Below the pieces are notes generated by a model. The model saw only the letters and a program-made list of their open reading frames with translations. It made no database searches and was not told the DNA's origin. A program made the translations under genes and the position numbers. From Phycisphaerae bacterium (lineage in GTDB: Bacteria > Planctomycetota > Phycisphaerae > Sedimentisphaerales > Anaerobacaceae), in the NCBI GenBank assembly GCA_017993835.1, contig JAGOLX010000015.1, positions 38,454 through 102,453 of the forward strand: a stretch of 64,000 nt of DNA. The letters run 5' to 3'. Below are positions 1 to 7,143 of the stretch, in pieces. Numbering within the stretch: position 1 is the first letter of the stretch; every line of letters begins with the position of its first letter.

Positions 1-1
1 C

Positions 2-406
2 GACGCCGCATGGACCATCGAGGGCTTGGGCGGCCGGGTCCACTGGAATCCCAAGACCGAGGTCTTCGAGACTCTCTACTATGACAAGGCGTTGTCGCGA
101 ATCACGGACGTTCATTTCATCAACCCGACGTTCCCCGATGCACGGTGGCTCGTGCTCAAGGAACTCCCGCAGCGGTTCGGGTTGGACGTGGAAGGCGGCC
201 GATTCACGGACAGCAGCCTGGAGTACCTCAAGCAGGTCCCGCTTCTCGAATATCTGGCGTTGAACAACACCGCCGTCACCGATGAGGGGATCGCCGGTCT
301 CCAGGAAGCCCTTCCGCACCTGAGCGTCATATGTGGATACCTGGGACAGCCCGGGTGCCGTCAATTCCCGCCCAGAGTGGGGAAGCCTCCCTTGCGGGAG
401 CACTGA
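2..406 (+). CDS. leucine-rich-repeat-like protein, C-terminal fragment (5' end outside the window)
   Basis: The reading frame is open from the window edge, upstream of the TTG at 26 used by the ORF track. LRR-like spacing in LEYLKQVPLLEYLALNNTAVTDEGIAGLQEALPHL. Stop at 404-406. Confidence 0.5.
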   Translation, partial: DAAWTIEGLGGRVHWNPKTEVFETLYYDKALSRITDVHFINPTFPDARWLVLKELPQRFGLDVEGGRFTDSSLEYLKQVPLLEYLALNNTAVTDEGIAGLQEALPHLSVICGYLGQPGCRQFPPRVGKPPLREH

Positions 407-421
407 AGATGCTCATCAAGG

Positions 422-1699
422 CTAATCCACGACGCCCTTTTCTTTCGAGCCGATGAGGAAGCAGAGGGTCTTGCCTTCGAACTCATAGAACTTGATCATG
501 GCGTTCTGTGTTTCCGACCTTCCGCCTCCGATCCGGATTTCGACCGGGACGTACCACAGGTCGTTTTCCTGGTAGGGGTCTCCGGTGATGGCGACCTGGC
601 TGACCCATTGGTCGGCGTCCTTGGCCTTTTTGATCTGCTCCCAGGCCAGCGGCGGGTATATGCGGTAGAACAGGTTCAGCCTGCAGAGCGTCGCTTGGTC
701 GAGCTCGACAAGTGCCCGGCCAGCCTGCTTAACGATCGCAAGGCAAGCCTGTTCTCGCGTCATGCCGTCGGCGGGCAGGCCGGAGTCCGGGTCCACCATC
801 GCATCGACTTCCTGATCCACGACCACGGCGTCCGCAGGTTTCTCGAAGATGCCCTCAGGCGGTTTCTCGTTGTAGCGGATCTCCGTGATGTGTTTGACGG
901 CGAGGGGCCATCGCATCATCTCCATCGGGTTTTCGTCGCGGACCGTGGTGAAACGGATCGGTAGTTTCGAGTGGGCATCGATCAGAAACTCCTGCTCCCG
1001 CTGCGGGGTGGCGATGCGTATCGTAATCACGTCGTTGGCGTCGCTGATCTGGATGGTGTCACTCGACCCGGCTCTGCGGATTGTCATCACGTCGTTGCCA
1101 TCGTCGATCTGGATGGCGTCGCCCGACCCGGCTTGTCGGAGGGTGTCTTTGAACAAGCTGCCGAGCTTCGGAATCCAGGATTTGCCCCGCTCGTCGCGTG
1201 AGGCGAAGTGGACTCGATGGGTCCGACGGTTCAGACCGAAGACGCCCTCGGGCGAGCAGATCTTGCACAGGTTCTCCCCGGTCCGGCCGAGCCAGACGTG
1301 GGTTGGACGGTCGGGGTTGCCGTCGAATCGCATCCAGCACTCGAACTCGCCCTGCTTGTAGAACTCGCCCTTCATGTGGACGGTCTCGATCCGCTTGAGG
1401 GCGCTGATCGTCTGGCTGACGGCGTAGGCCGCTTGGGGGGAACTGGGGAACAGCGACACGCCGAGCACGACGGCCATGGTCACGATAACGGCGGCCGCCA
1501 GTTGGGTCCTCTTGCCTTGCATGAGAAGCCTCCTTACGCCGGTCTGGGCCGGGGGGGGAAGTTGCTGTTGAGTCTGTCGCTGGGCTTCAAGGGCGTCGTG
1601 CAGGACCTTTTCGTCGAATTCCGGCGTGGTACGGGCGGCTTGTTGCCTGGCCCGGCAGTGGTTCCGAATCACGTCTTCGAATGGGTTCTGGTCTGTCAT
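422..1699 (-). CDS. putative membrane-anchored anti-sigma factor
   Basis: Its ATG (1697-1699) overlaps the TGA of the upstream ECF sigma gene (ATGA coupling). There is a ~65-aa N-terminus, one TM helix (LAAAVIVTMAVVLGVSLF) and a large C-terminal domain. No zf-HC2 motif, so the function is inferred from position and topology only. Confidence 0.6.
   Translation of the reverse strand: MTDQNPFEDVIRNHCRARQQAARTTPEFDEKVLHDALEAQRQTQQQLPPPAQTGVRRLLMQGKRTQLAAAVIVTMAVVLGVSLFPSSPQAAYAVSQTISALKRIETVHMKGEFYKQGEFECWMRFDGNPDRPTHVWLGRTGENLCKICSPEGVFGLNRRTHRVHFASRDERGKSWIPKLGSLFKDTLRQAGSGDAIQIDDGNDVMTIRRAGSSDTIQISDANDVITIRIATPQREQEFLIDAHSKLPIRFTTVRDENPMEMMRWPLAVKHITEIRYNEKPPEGIFEKPADAVVVDQEVDAMVDPDSGLPADGMTREQACLAIVKQAGRALVELDQATLCRLNLFYRIYPPLAWEQIKKAKDADQWVSQVAITGDPYQENDLWYVPVEIRIGGGRSETQNAMIKFYEFEGKTLCFLIGSKEKGVVD
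1021..1140. repeat. 60-bp tandem duplication (2 copies) inside the anti-sigma CDS
   Basis: 1021-1080 and 1081-1140 align without gaps at about 50 of 60 positions. On the minus strand they encode the 20-aa repeat GSGDAIQIDDGNDVMTIRRA / GSSDTIQISDANDVITIRIA. Confidence 0.8.
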
Positions 1700-2232
1700 G
1701 GCGTCACCTCGCCGTCCAGCAGCGAACGGAGTCTCTCCAGGCCGTAGCGATAGCGGCTCTGGATCGTGTTGATCGACACGTTCTGGGAGTTCGCGATCTC
1801 GCGGAATTTCATCCCAGCCTGCAGGTGCAGGATCACGGCCTCTCGTTGATCGTAAGGAAGCTGCGCCATGGCCTGTTCGATGAGCATCGCCCGCTCGTTC
1901 CGCATGGCCTCATGCTCCGGCGGCGGCATCTCAATCGAGTCCTCCGCTGGACCCGACGTCCGGCGTGCGCCGGCCCGGTTCAGGCTGCGCACACGGTTGG
2001 CGACCGCGGTGAGCAGATAGCTCCGCAGGCTCGTCCGCAGCTGCAGTCTGGGCGAGAACCGCACGAAGGAGACGAACGCATCGTGGACTGCGTCCTCCGC
2101 TACGGCCTTGTCGTTCGACAGCGTCACCGCCAAGCCCATCAGGTCGCGTCGGTACTTCTCGTAGACCCGCCGGAGGGCATCCGCGTCCCCGCGTTGAACC
2201 TTCCACAGCAGCAGCCTGTCTTCCAGAATCAA
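1696..2232 (-). CDS. ECF-type RNA polymerase sigma-70 family factor
   Basis: Region 2-like RVYEKYRRDLMGLAVTL..AEDAVHDAFVSF and region 4 HTH LPYDQREAVILHLQAGMKFREIANSQNVSINTIQSRYRYGLERLR. TTG start preceded by GAGG. ATGA overlap with the downstream anti-sigma candidate. Confidence 0.9.
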   Translation of the reverse strand: MILEDRLLLWKVQRGDADALRRVYEKYRRDLMGLAVTLSNDKAVAEDAVHDAFVSFVRFSPRLQLRTSLRSYLLTAVANRVRSLNRAGARRTSGPAEDSIEMPPPEHEAMRNERAMLIEQAMAQLPYDQREAVILHLQAGMKFREIANSQNVSINTIQSRYRYGLERLRSLLDGEVTP

Positions 2233-2482
2233 CGATCAGCCTCGTAGTTTCGAAACCAACGACTGTCGCAACTAGGACACGTCGGAAGGCGGCTTTAGTC
2301 TAAACGATCAGCCGAGCTTCCGCGAGGATACGAAGAGAAATGGACAGGGGGTATCGCTGCCGCCATGTCACGTCTGAAACGGAATCCCGGGCGGACGGTA
2401 TGAACACGCCGCAGGGAAACAAGATCCAGGTGGGAGGTTTGCGTTCCCTGTTTGGGTGCCTCTGCTCGCCCAACTGGGGGGC

Positions 2483-3172
2483 TCAGCCGTGTCTACGGAG
2501 CTTCAAGCCGGCAGTACTCAAGCCAAGCAGGCCCAGAAGCACCGCGCCCGGGACGGGAACGGGCACGAACGAGATCTGGTTGATGGCGAAATCATGAACT
2601 GTGAAACCGTCTATGTCGAGAACAATGCGGGAGATCGCACTGCCGCTGATGACCTCAACGCCGATCAGCGCGGCAGAGTCGTCGCCACTGTAATTGTGCT
2701 CTTCGTCGCTAATGGAGTCGACTGAGAACGTGCCGAGCAGTGTGCTACCGGCGTAGGCCCAGATCCTGGCGGTTCCGGTCTCGTAGAGGAGGCCGGGCTG
2801 AATCTGCGTGGCAAAGGCGCTGATGCCGCTGCTGAACTCGATGGTCAGAGGACCGGCATTGCCGCCCGTCCACAGAATGTCATCGCCATCAGTGAAGGCG
2901 CCAGCCCACCCGCTCGCCCCTTGTACCCACACCTGGAAACAATCGGGGTCGGGATCAGGGTCGGTGGGAATCGAGAACATGGCCGTTCCTCCCGAGTAGG
3001 AGACGGAGAAGGGATTGGAGATGTCCTCATACTCGGGAAGAGACGAGAAGGTGATCTCAGCTCCCAAGGGCCTGTAGTCAATCGCGTATAAGTTGCCGAA
3101 CGCCTGCCCTGCGCCGACCAGAAGGACGACGAAAACGGCAACAGTCGCTGTACGTTTCCCGCTGCTTGTCAT
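2483..3172 (-). CDS. PEP-CTERM sorting-domain secreted protein (paralogue 1)
   Basis: Internal ATG at 3170-3172 is preceded by GGAGGAG; the longer ORF-track start at 3301 is rejected. Signal peptide TATVAVFVVLLVGAGQAFG. C-terminal VPVPGAVLLGLLGLSTAGLKLRRHG, i.e. Pro-rich motif + TM + basic tail. Confidence 0.8.
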   Translation of the reverse strand: MTSSGKRTATVAVFVVLLVGAGQAFGNLYAIDYRPLGAEITFSSLPEYEDISNPFSVSYSGGTAMFSIPTDPDPDPDCFQVWVQGASGWAGAFTDGDDILWTGGNAGPLTIEFSSGISAFATQIQPGLLYETGTARIWAYAGSTLLGTFSVDSISDEEHNYSGDDSAALIGVEVISGSAISRIVLDIDGFTVHDFAINQISFVPVPVPGAVLLGLLGLSTAGLKLRRHG

Positions 3173-3297
3173 GGTGCTTCTCCTCCGAACCTGATTATTC
3201 AGCCAACCATGTCCTTTCGAACACCTAACGCCATTATGCCGCCGGACCTGCACGATGAGGAACAATCTCTTGGGATTCGTGCAGTACCTCGGACTTC

Positions 3298-3963
3298 TCA
3301 CACCAGGCCGCGACGTCGGAGCCAGCCGACGAGGCCGCAGCCCACGCTCACGAGAAGGACGGCCGCGGGAGCGGGAATCGTGCCCGGCGTCAGCGAAATC
3401 CGATTGATAGCGAAATCGACGCCGTCGAATCCAGCGATGTCGAGTTCAATCCTGGAAATCAGGTTGTCCCCGTCATCGACGGCGACGCCGATCAATGTGG
3501 CGGAGTTGTCGTTGTACGAGTCCGCAGCAGACGGAATGGTGAAAGCGCCCAGGAGGGCATCTGAGGCATCGTAGGCCGAGATCGAGGCAGTGCCGCTGCC
3601 CCAGACGTCGCTCTGGATCTGGGTGGCGAAGGCGGTGATGCCGCTGCTGAACTCGATGGTCAGGGGACCCGCATTGTCGGCTGTCCACAGAAGGGCATCG
3701 CCCTCCGCGAAGCACCCGGTCCAACTGTCCGCCTGCGTGCGTCTTTCGAACCCGCCGCTGGGAATCGAGAACGTGCCCGTCCCTCCCGAGTAGGGAAGGG
3801 AGACAGGGCTGGAGAGCGCCTCGGAATCGGGCAAAGACGAGAAGTCGATCTCCGATTCCGCAGGTCTGTAGTCGATGGTCGATAAGGCGGACGCCCGCCC
3901 GCCAAAGGCCAGGAGAAGAGCAACTGCCAACAGACTCCCGGTGTTCTTCCTCATGCGTGTCAT
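3298..3963 (-). CDS. PEP-CTERM sorting-domain secreted protein (paralogue 2)
   Basis: GGAGGAA RBS before the ATG at 3963. Signal peptide. C-terminal IPAPAAVLLVSVGCGLVGWLRRRGLV. Shares IDYRP..EI.FSSLP, YSGGT..FSIP and GPLTIEFSSGI.AFATQIQ blocks with 2483-3172. Confidence 0.8.
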   Translation of the reverse strand: MTRMRKNTGSLLAVALLLAFGGRASALSTIDYRPAESEIDFSSLPDSEALSSPVSLPYSGGTGTFSIPSGGFERRTQADSWTGCFAEGDALLWTADNAGPLTIEFSSGITAFATQIQSDVWGSGTASISAYDASDALLGAFTIPSAADSYNDNSATLIGVAVDDGDNLISRIELDIAGFDGVDFAINRISLTPGTIPAPAAVLLVSVGCGLVGWLRRRGLV

Positions 3964-4184
3964 AGTGTTCCTCCTCTGAACCTATACAACCAACAAATCC
4001 CTTTTGCCTGTCTCCTGATGGTATCCTACCGGAGCGCCCTTCCTGCGTCAAGCGAAAGACGGAAAAAAGCAGAGCGGAAAGAGCTTCTGTCTCATTCAGG
4101 CGGGGCCGGCCAGGGGAAAAGAGTCGCAAGAGGACGCCACGCGAGGTATCATACGCCCTCTTGAGAATGCCTTAAGGACGCAGA

Positions 4185-4865
4185 ATGAGCAGAGAACACG
4201 GTTTGATCTTCGATGTGGACGGCTTGATCGCCAATACCGAGCCGATCAACGCCAAGGTAACGATCCGGGTCCTGGACGAGATGTTCGGTCTCAAGAACGT
4301 CAAAGACGAGGACTTCACGCTGGGCTACGGCAGGGGCGCGGAGGCGTACGTCAAGGCCGGCGCCCGGGTCCACGGCCTGGAGTTGACCGAGGAGCAGGCC
4401 CACGCCGCCGCGGAGGTCCGCGAGTCCCGCCTGGCGCAAACGATCCGCGAGGAAGGGCTGCCCGCCTTCCCCGGCGTGCTCGACCTGATCCACGCCGCCC
4501 TCGGGCAAGACGGTTTTCGGCTGTCCATCGCGACCTCCGCATCGCGAGAACTCTCCGAGGCGATTCTGACCGCGGTGAAGGTGCCCTATGAGCGAATGGC
4601 CTACGTCAGCGGCAGCGACGTGACGAAGAAGAAGCCCGATCCGCAGGTCTTCCTGATCGCGATCCGCCGGCTGGGCATTCCCGCGGCCCGCTGCGTGGTT
4701 TTCGAGGACGCGCCCAGCGGGGTCCAGGCAGCCAAGGCCGCGGGCGCCAGATGCATCGCGGTGACCAACACCGTGCTCGCGAACGAGCTGGACGGCGCGG
4801 ACCTGATCGTCAATTCGCTCGAGAAGGTGACTCTCGCGACGGTTCGGGACGTCGTCGGTTCGTGA
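4185..4865 (+). CDS. HAD-superfamily hydrolase (beta-phosphoglucomutase-like subfamily IA)
   Basis: Motif I FDVDGLIANTE, motif II SIATSAS, C-terminal VVFEDAPSGVQAAKAAGARCIAVTN. AAGGA RBS. Confidence 0.9.
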   Translation: MSREHGLIFDVDGLIANTEPINAKVTIRVLDEMFGLKNVKDEDFTLGYGRGAEAYVKAGARVHGLELTEEQAHAAAEVRESRLAQTIREEGLPAFPGVLDLIHAALGQDGFRLSIATSASRELSEAILTAVKVPYERMAYVSGSDVTKKKPDPQVFLIAIRRLGIPAARCVVFEDAPSGVQAAKAAGARCIAVTNTVLANELDGADLIVNSLEKVTLATVRDVVGS

Positions 4866-5254
4866 CGGCAATTCGACGAGGAGAACCTGCACCATGGCGA
4901 CCATTCGCAAGGACGACGAGCCGCAAGGGCTGGCGGTACCATCACCTGGGGATTCCCACGAAGCAACCCCGGGCCGCCGAACGATATCTGGAGCACCTCG
5001 GGATGTACGTGTCGGGCTTCGAGACCAGCCCCTACGGTATCGAATGGATGCGTTTCGACCCGGGCAGTCCGATCTCCTCGCTGATTCAGACCGTTCCCCA
5101 CATCGCCTTCGAGGTGGATGATTTGGATGCCGAGATCGAGGGGAAGGAACTCCTCGGCGAGGTGAGCGAACCTTCCGATGGGGTCCGGGTCGCGATGATC
5201 GTCGATAACGGCGCGCCTGTGGAGCTGCTGGAGTTTCGAAAGAAGCCGGACTGA
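4862..5254 (+). CDS. VOC/glyoxalase-fold protein (N-terminus uncertain, possible frameshift)
   Basis: The domain is readable from WRYHHLGIPTKQ...HIAFEVDDLDAEIEG...VAMIVDNGAPVELLEF. The only in-frame start after the HAD gene is the GTG at 4862 (GTGA overlap), which gives an odd R/P-rich leader. A well-placed GAGGAGAA + ATG at 4894 lies in a different frame (see findings). Confidence 0.5.
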   Translation: MTAIRRGEPAPWRPFARTTSRKGWRYHHLGIPTKQPRAAERYLEHLGMYVSGFETSPYGIEWMRFDPGSPISSLIQTVPHIAFEVDDLDAEIEGKELLGEVSEPSDGVRVAMIVDNGAPVELLEFRKKPD

Positions 5255-5272
5255 AGATGCCGGGAGGTTGCG

Positions 5273-6508
5273 ATGTCTCGGTGCATGTCGATGCTGATGT
5301 TGATTGTCGTGTCGTATTTGTCCATCGCGGGTTCCGCGGCACAGGCCCAGTCGGCGACACTGTCCGAAGCGGTCGCCTGGCTCGATGGCGAATCGCATCG
5401 GCTCATCCGGGCCTCCAAGCGAACCATGTCCGACGGGACCGCGGCGTTTCCGCCGCAGGTGGGCCTCGGCTACGAGGCGTTTTGGCTGCGGGACTACGCG
5501 TACACGCTCGAAGGCTCGGTCGATGCCTACTCCGATCAGGAATTGACCGACGCCTGCCGGCTGTTTATTCGGAGCATGAGATCGGATGGTGCCAGCGTCG
5601 ATTGTGTGAAATTCGACGGAGCGCCCATCTACAAGCCGGGCTTCGGATCGATGGGCGTCAACCCGGTCGCCGATGGCTCGCAGTTCACAGTGGGCGTCGT
5701 CTGGCACACCTATGGCAAGACGAAGGATACCCAACTGCTTCGGGAGTGCATCGATCCGCTCGTCAAGACGATGAACGCGGTTCCCCGCAATCCCGACACG
5801 CATCTGGTCCACATCAAGCCCGGCGAGCCGTGGGACCGATGCCCCTATGGCTTCACGGACACCGTCCGCAAGGAGGGCGACGAGCTGTTCTGCTCGCTCC
5901 TCTACGTCCAGGCGAGCCGGCAGCTCTGTGACCTGCTGAATTGGGCCGGGCGGGCCGCCGAGGCCGAGCATTGGAGGAAGGAAGCAGACCGCGTGGCGGA
6001 AAGCATTCGCAAGGTCTTCTGGGACCCGCGGGTCGGCCTGTTCCGTGCGGCCACGGTCACTTGTCGTGAGCACGACATCTGGGGTTCCGCCTTTGCGGTC
6101 TATCTCGGGGTTGCGGATCATGAGCAGGCTCAAGCCATCGCGACGTGCTTCCAGAAGAACTACGCCGGCATCGTTCAGAACGGCCAGATTCGCCACCTGC
6201 CTGCAGGCGTCTACTGGGAGAAGGCTCGCGAGCGGGACACGTACCAGAACGGCGCGTTCTGGGCGACGCCCACCGGCTGGTTCGTTTACACCCTCGATCG
6301 GGTCGATCCTGCGCTGGCAGATCGCACAGTCCTCGACCTGGTGAAAGACTTCCAGGCCGGCGGCGCCTGCGAGTGGGTCTTCCAGGACAAGCGTCAGCTC
6401 CCGAATTACCTCGCGAGTGCTTCGCTGCCCTTGGCGGGCATCCGGGCGATGATCGAACGCCGCCAGTCGCTGCGCAACTCCAACGATCCGGGCACCAGGA
6501 GGAACTGA
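5273..6508 (+). CDS. secreted (alpha/alpha)6 six-hairpin glycosidase-like protein
   Basis: GGGAGG RBS. Signal peptide MLMLIVVSYLSIAGSAAQA. Helical-repeat signature typical of six-hairpin glycosidases (FWLRDYAYTLEG, CSLLYVQASRQLCDLL, NGAFWATPTGWFVYTL). Family not assignable by eye. Confidence 0.55.
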   Translation: MSRCMSMLMLIVVSYLSIAGSAAQAQSATLSEAVAWLDGESHRLIRASKRTMSDGTAAFPPQVGLGYEAFWLRDYAYTLEGSVDAYSDQELTDACRLFIRSMRSDGASVDCVKFDGAPIYKPGFGSMGVNPVADGSQFTVGVVWHTYGKTKDTQLLRECIDPLVKTMNAVPRNPDTHLVHIKPGEPWDRCPYGFTDTVRKEGDELFCSLLYVQASRQLCDLLNWAGRAAEAEHWRKEADRVAESIRKVFWDPRVGLFRAATVTCREHDIWGSAFAVYLGVADHEQAQAIATCFQKNYAGIVQNGQIRHLPAGVYWEKARERDTYQNGAFWATPTGWFVYTLDRVDPALADRTVLDLVKDFQAGGACEWVFQDKRQLPNYLASASLPLAGIRAMIERRQSLRNSNDPGTRRN

Positions 6509-6530
6509 TCCGCTTCCCGTGCAATCTCTG

Positions 6531-6559
6531 TTGACGCGCCAAGCGAGGCGTGCTATCGT
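6531..6559 (+). promoter_or_regulatory. sigma70-like promoter candidate for the zinc-ribbon gene
   Basis: TTGACG (6531-6536), 17-nt spacer, TATCGT (6554-6559), 25 nt upstream of the ATG at 6584. Confidence 0.45.
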
Positions 6560-6583
6560 CGCCTACGCATAAGGAGGTGACTG

Positions 6584-6946
6584 ATGCAGTGCGTGAAATG
6601 CGACGGGCAGTTGCGGCCGGTGACAGTGGGCGAGGTGGAGGTTGACAGGTGCGACAAGTGCTCGGGCATCTGGTTCGACCTCGGGGAACTCAGCAAGATC
6701 ATCGAGTCTGACTCGATCGAGGCTCTGAGGAGCGAGGTGGACAGAAGTCGCAGCCAGGATGCACGCAAGGGCAAGTGCCCCCGGTGCGGCGGAAGCGGCA
6801 ATATGGTCCAGGTGACCAGCCTCCAGAACCCGGACATCCATATCGACACGTGCTCTGTCTGCTATGGCCAGTGGCTCGACGGCGGCGAGTTGGAGGCCCT
6901 CTCCGGCGAGAGCTTCCTTTCAAAGATCCGAAGTCTCTTCCGGTAG
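6584..6946 (+). CDS. zf-TFIIB-type double zinc-ribbon protein
   Basis: Two CxxC...CxxC units, each followed by GxWFD/GQWLDGGEL (MQCVKCDG..DRCDKCSGIWFDLGEL and GKCPRCGG..DTCSVCYGQWLDGGELEAL). AAGGAGG RBS. Confidence 0.7.
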   Translation: MQCVKCDGQLRPVTVGEVEVDRCDKCSGIWFDLGELSKIIESDSIEALRSEVDRSRSQDARKGKCPRCGGSGNMVQVTSLQNPDIHIDTCSVCYGQWLDGGELEALSGESFLSKIRSLFR

Positions 6947-7018
6947 GTCGGCCACACGCGTCGCGCTCCCGGAATCGACTCAGGCCTGGTCCTCAACGGA
7001 GAACAGACACCGTTTTCT

Positions 7019-7046
7019 TTGTCGTCAAGGCTCGGTGTGGTATAAT
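7019..7046 (+). promoter_or_regulatory. sigma70-like promoter candidate (extended -10) for the SGNH gene
   Basis: TTGTCG (7019-7024), 16-nt spacer, TGg-TATAAT (7041-7046), about 95 nt upstream of the ATG at 7144. Confidence 0.5.
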
Positions 7047-7143
7047 GATACCCTACCGGGTCAACCGGGCCATGACATCGGGCGCATCGTGGGGGATGAG
7101 CCGGATGGGAACAGAACCATCGAGAAGGAAGGAGTGAGGACGT

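Noticed and set aside
4601-6196. Long antisense or alternative-frame ORFs. Examples: 4601-6196, 6862-7851, 9808-11961, 13600-14844, 30358-31779, 32526-34613, 35725-38097, 38094-40139, 40731-42026, 44720-46465, 49533-51533, 52459-54879, 54825-55856, 57968-59776, 62125-63738.
   Set aside because: Each overlaps a gene on the other strand or in another frame that has recognisable motifs, an RBS and a signal peptide. Their translations are Arg/Gly/Pro/Ala-biased with no motifs. I treat them as GC-driven shadow ORFs.
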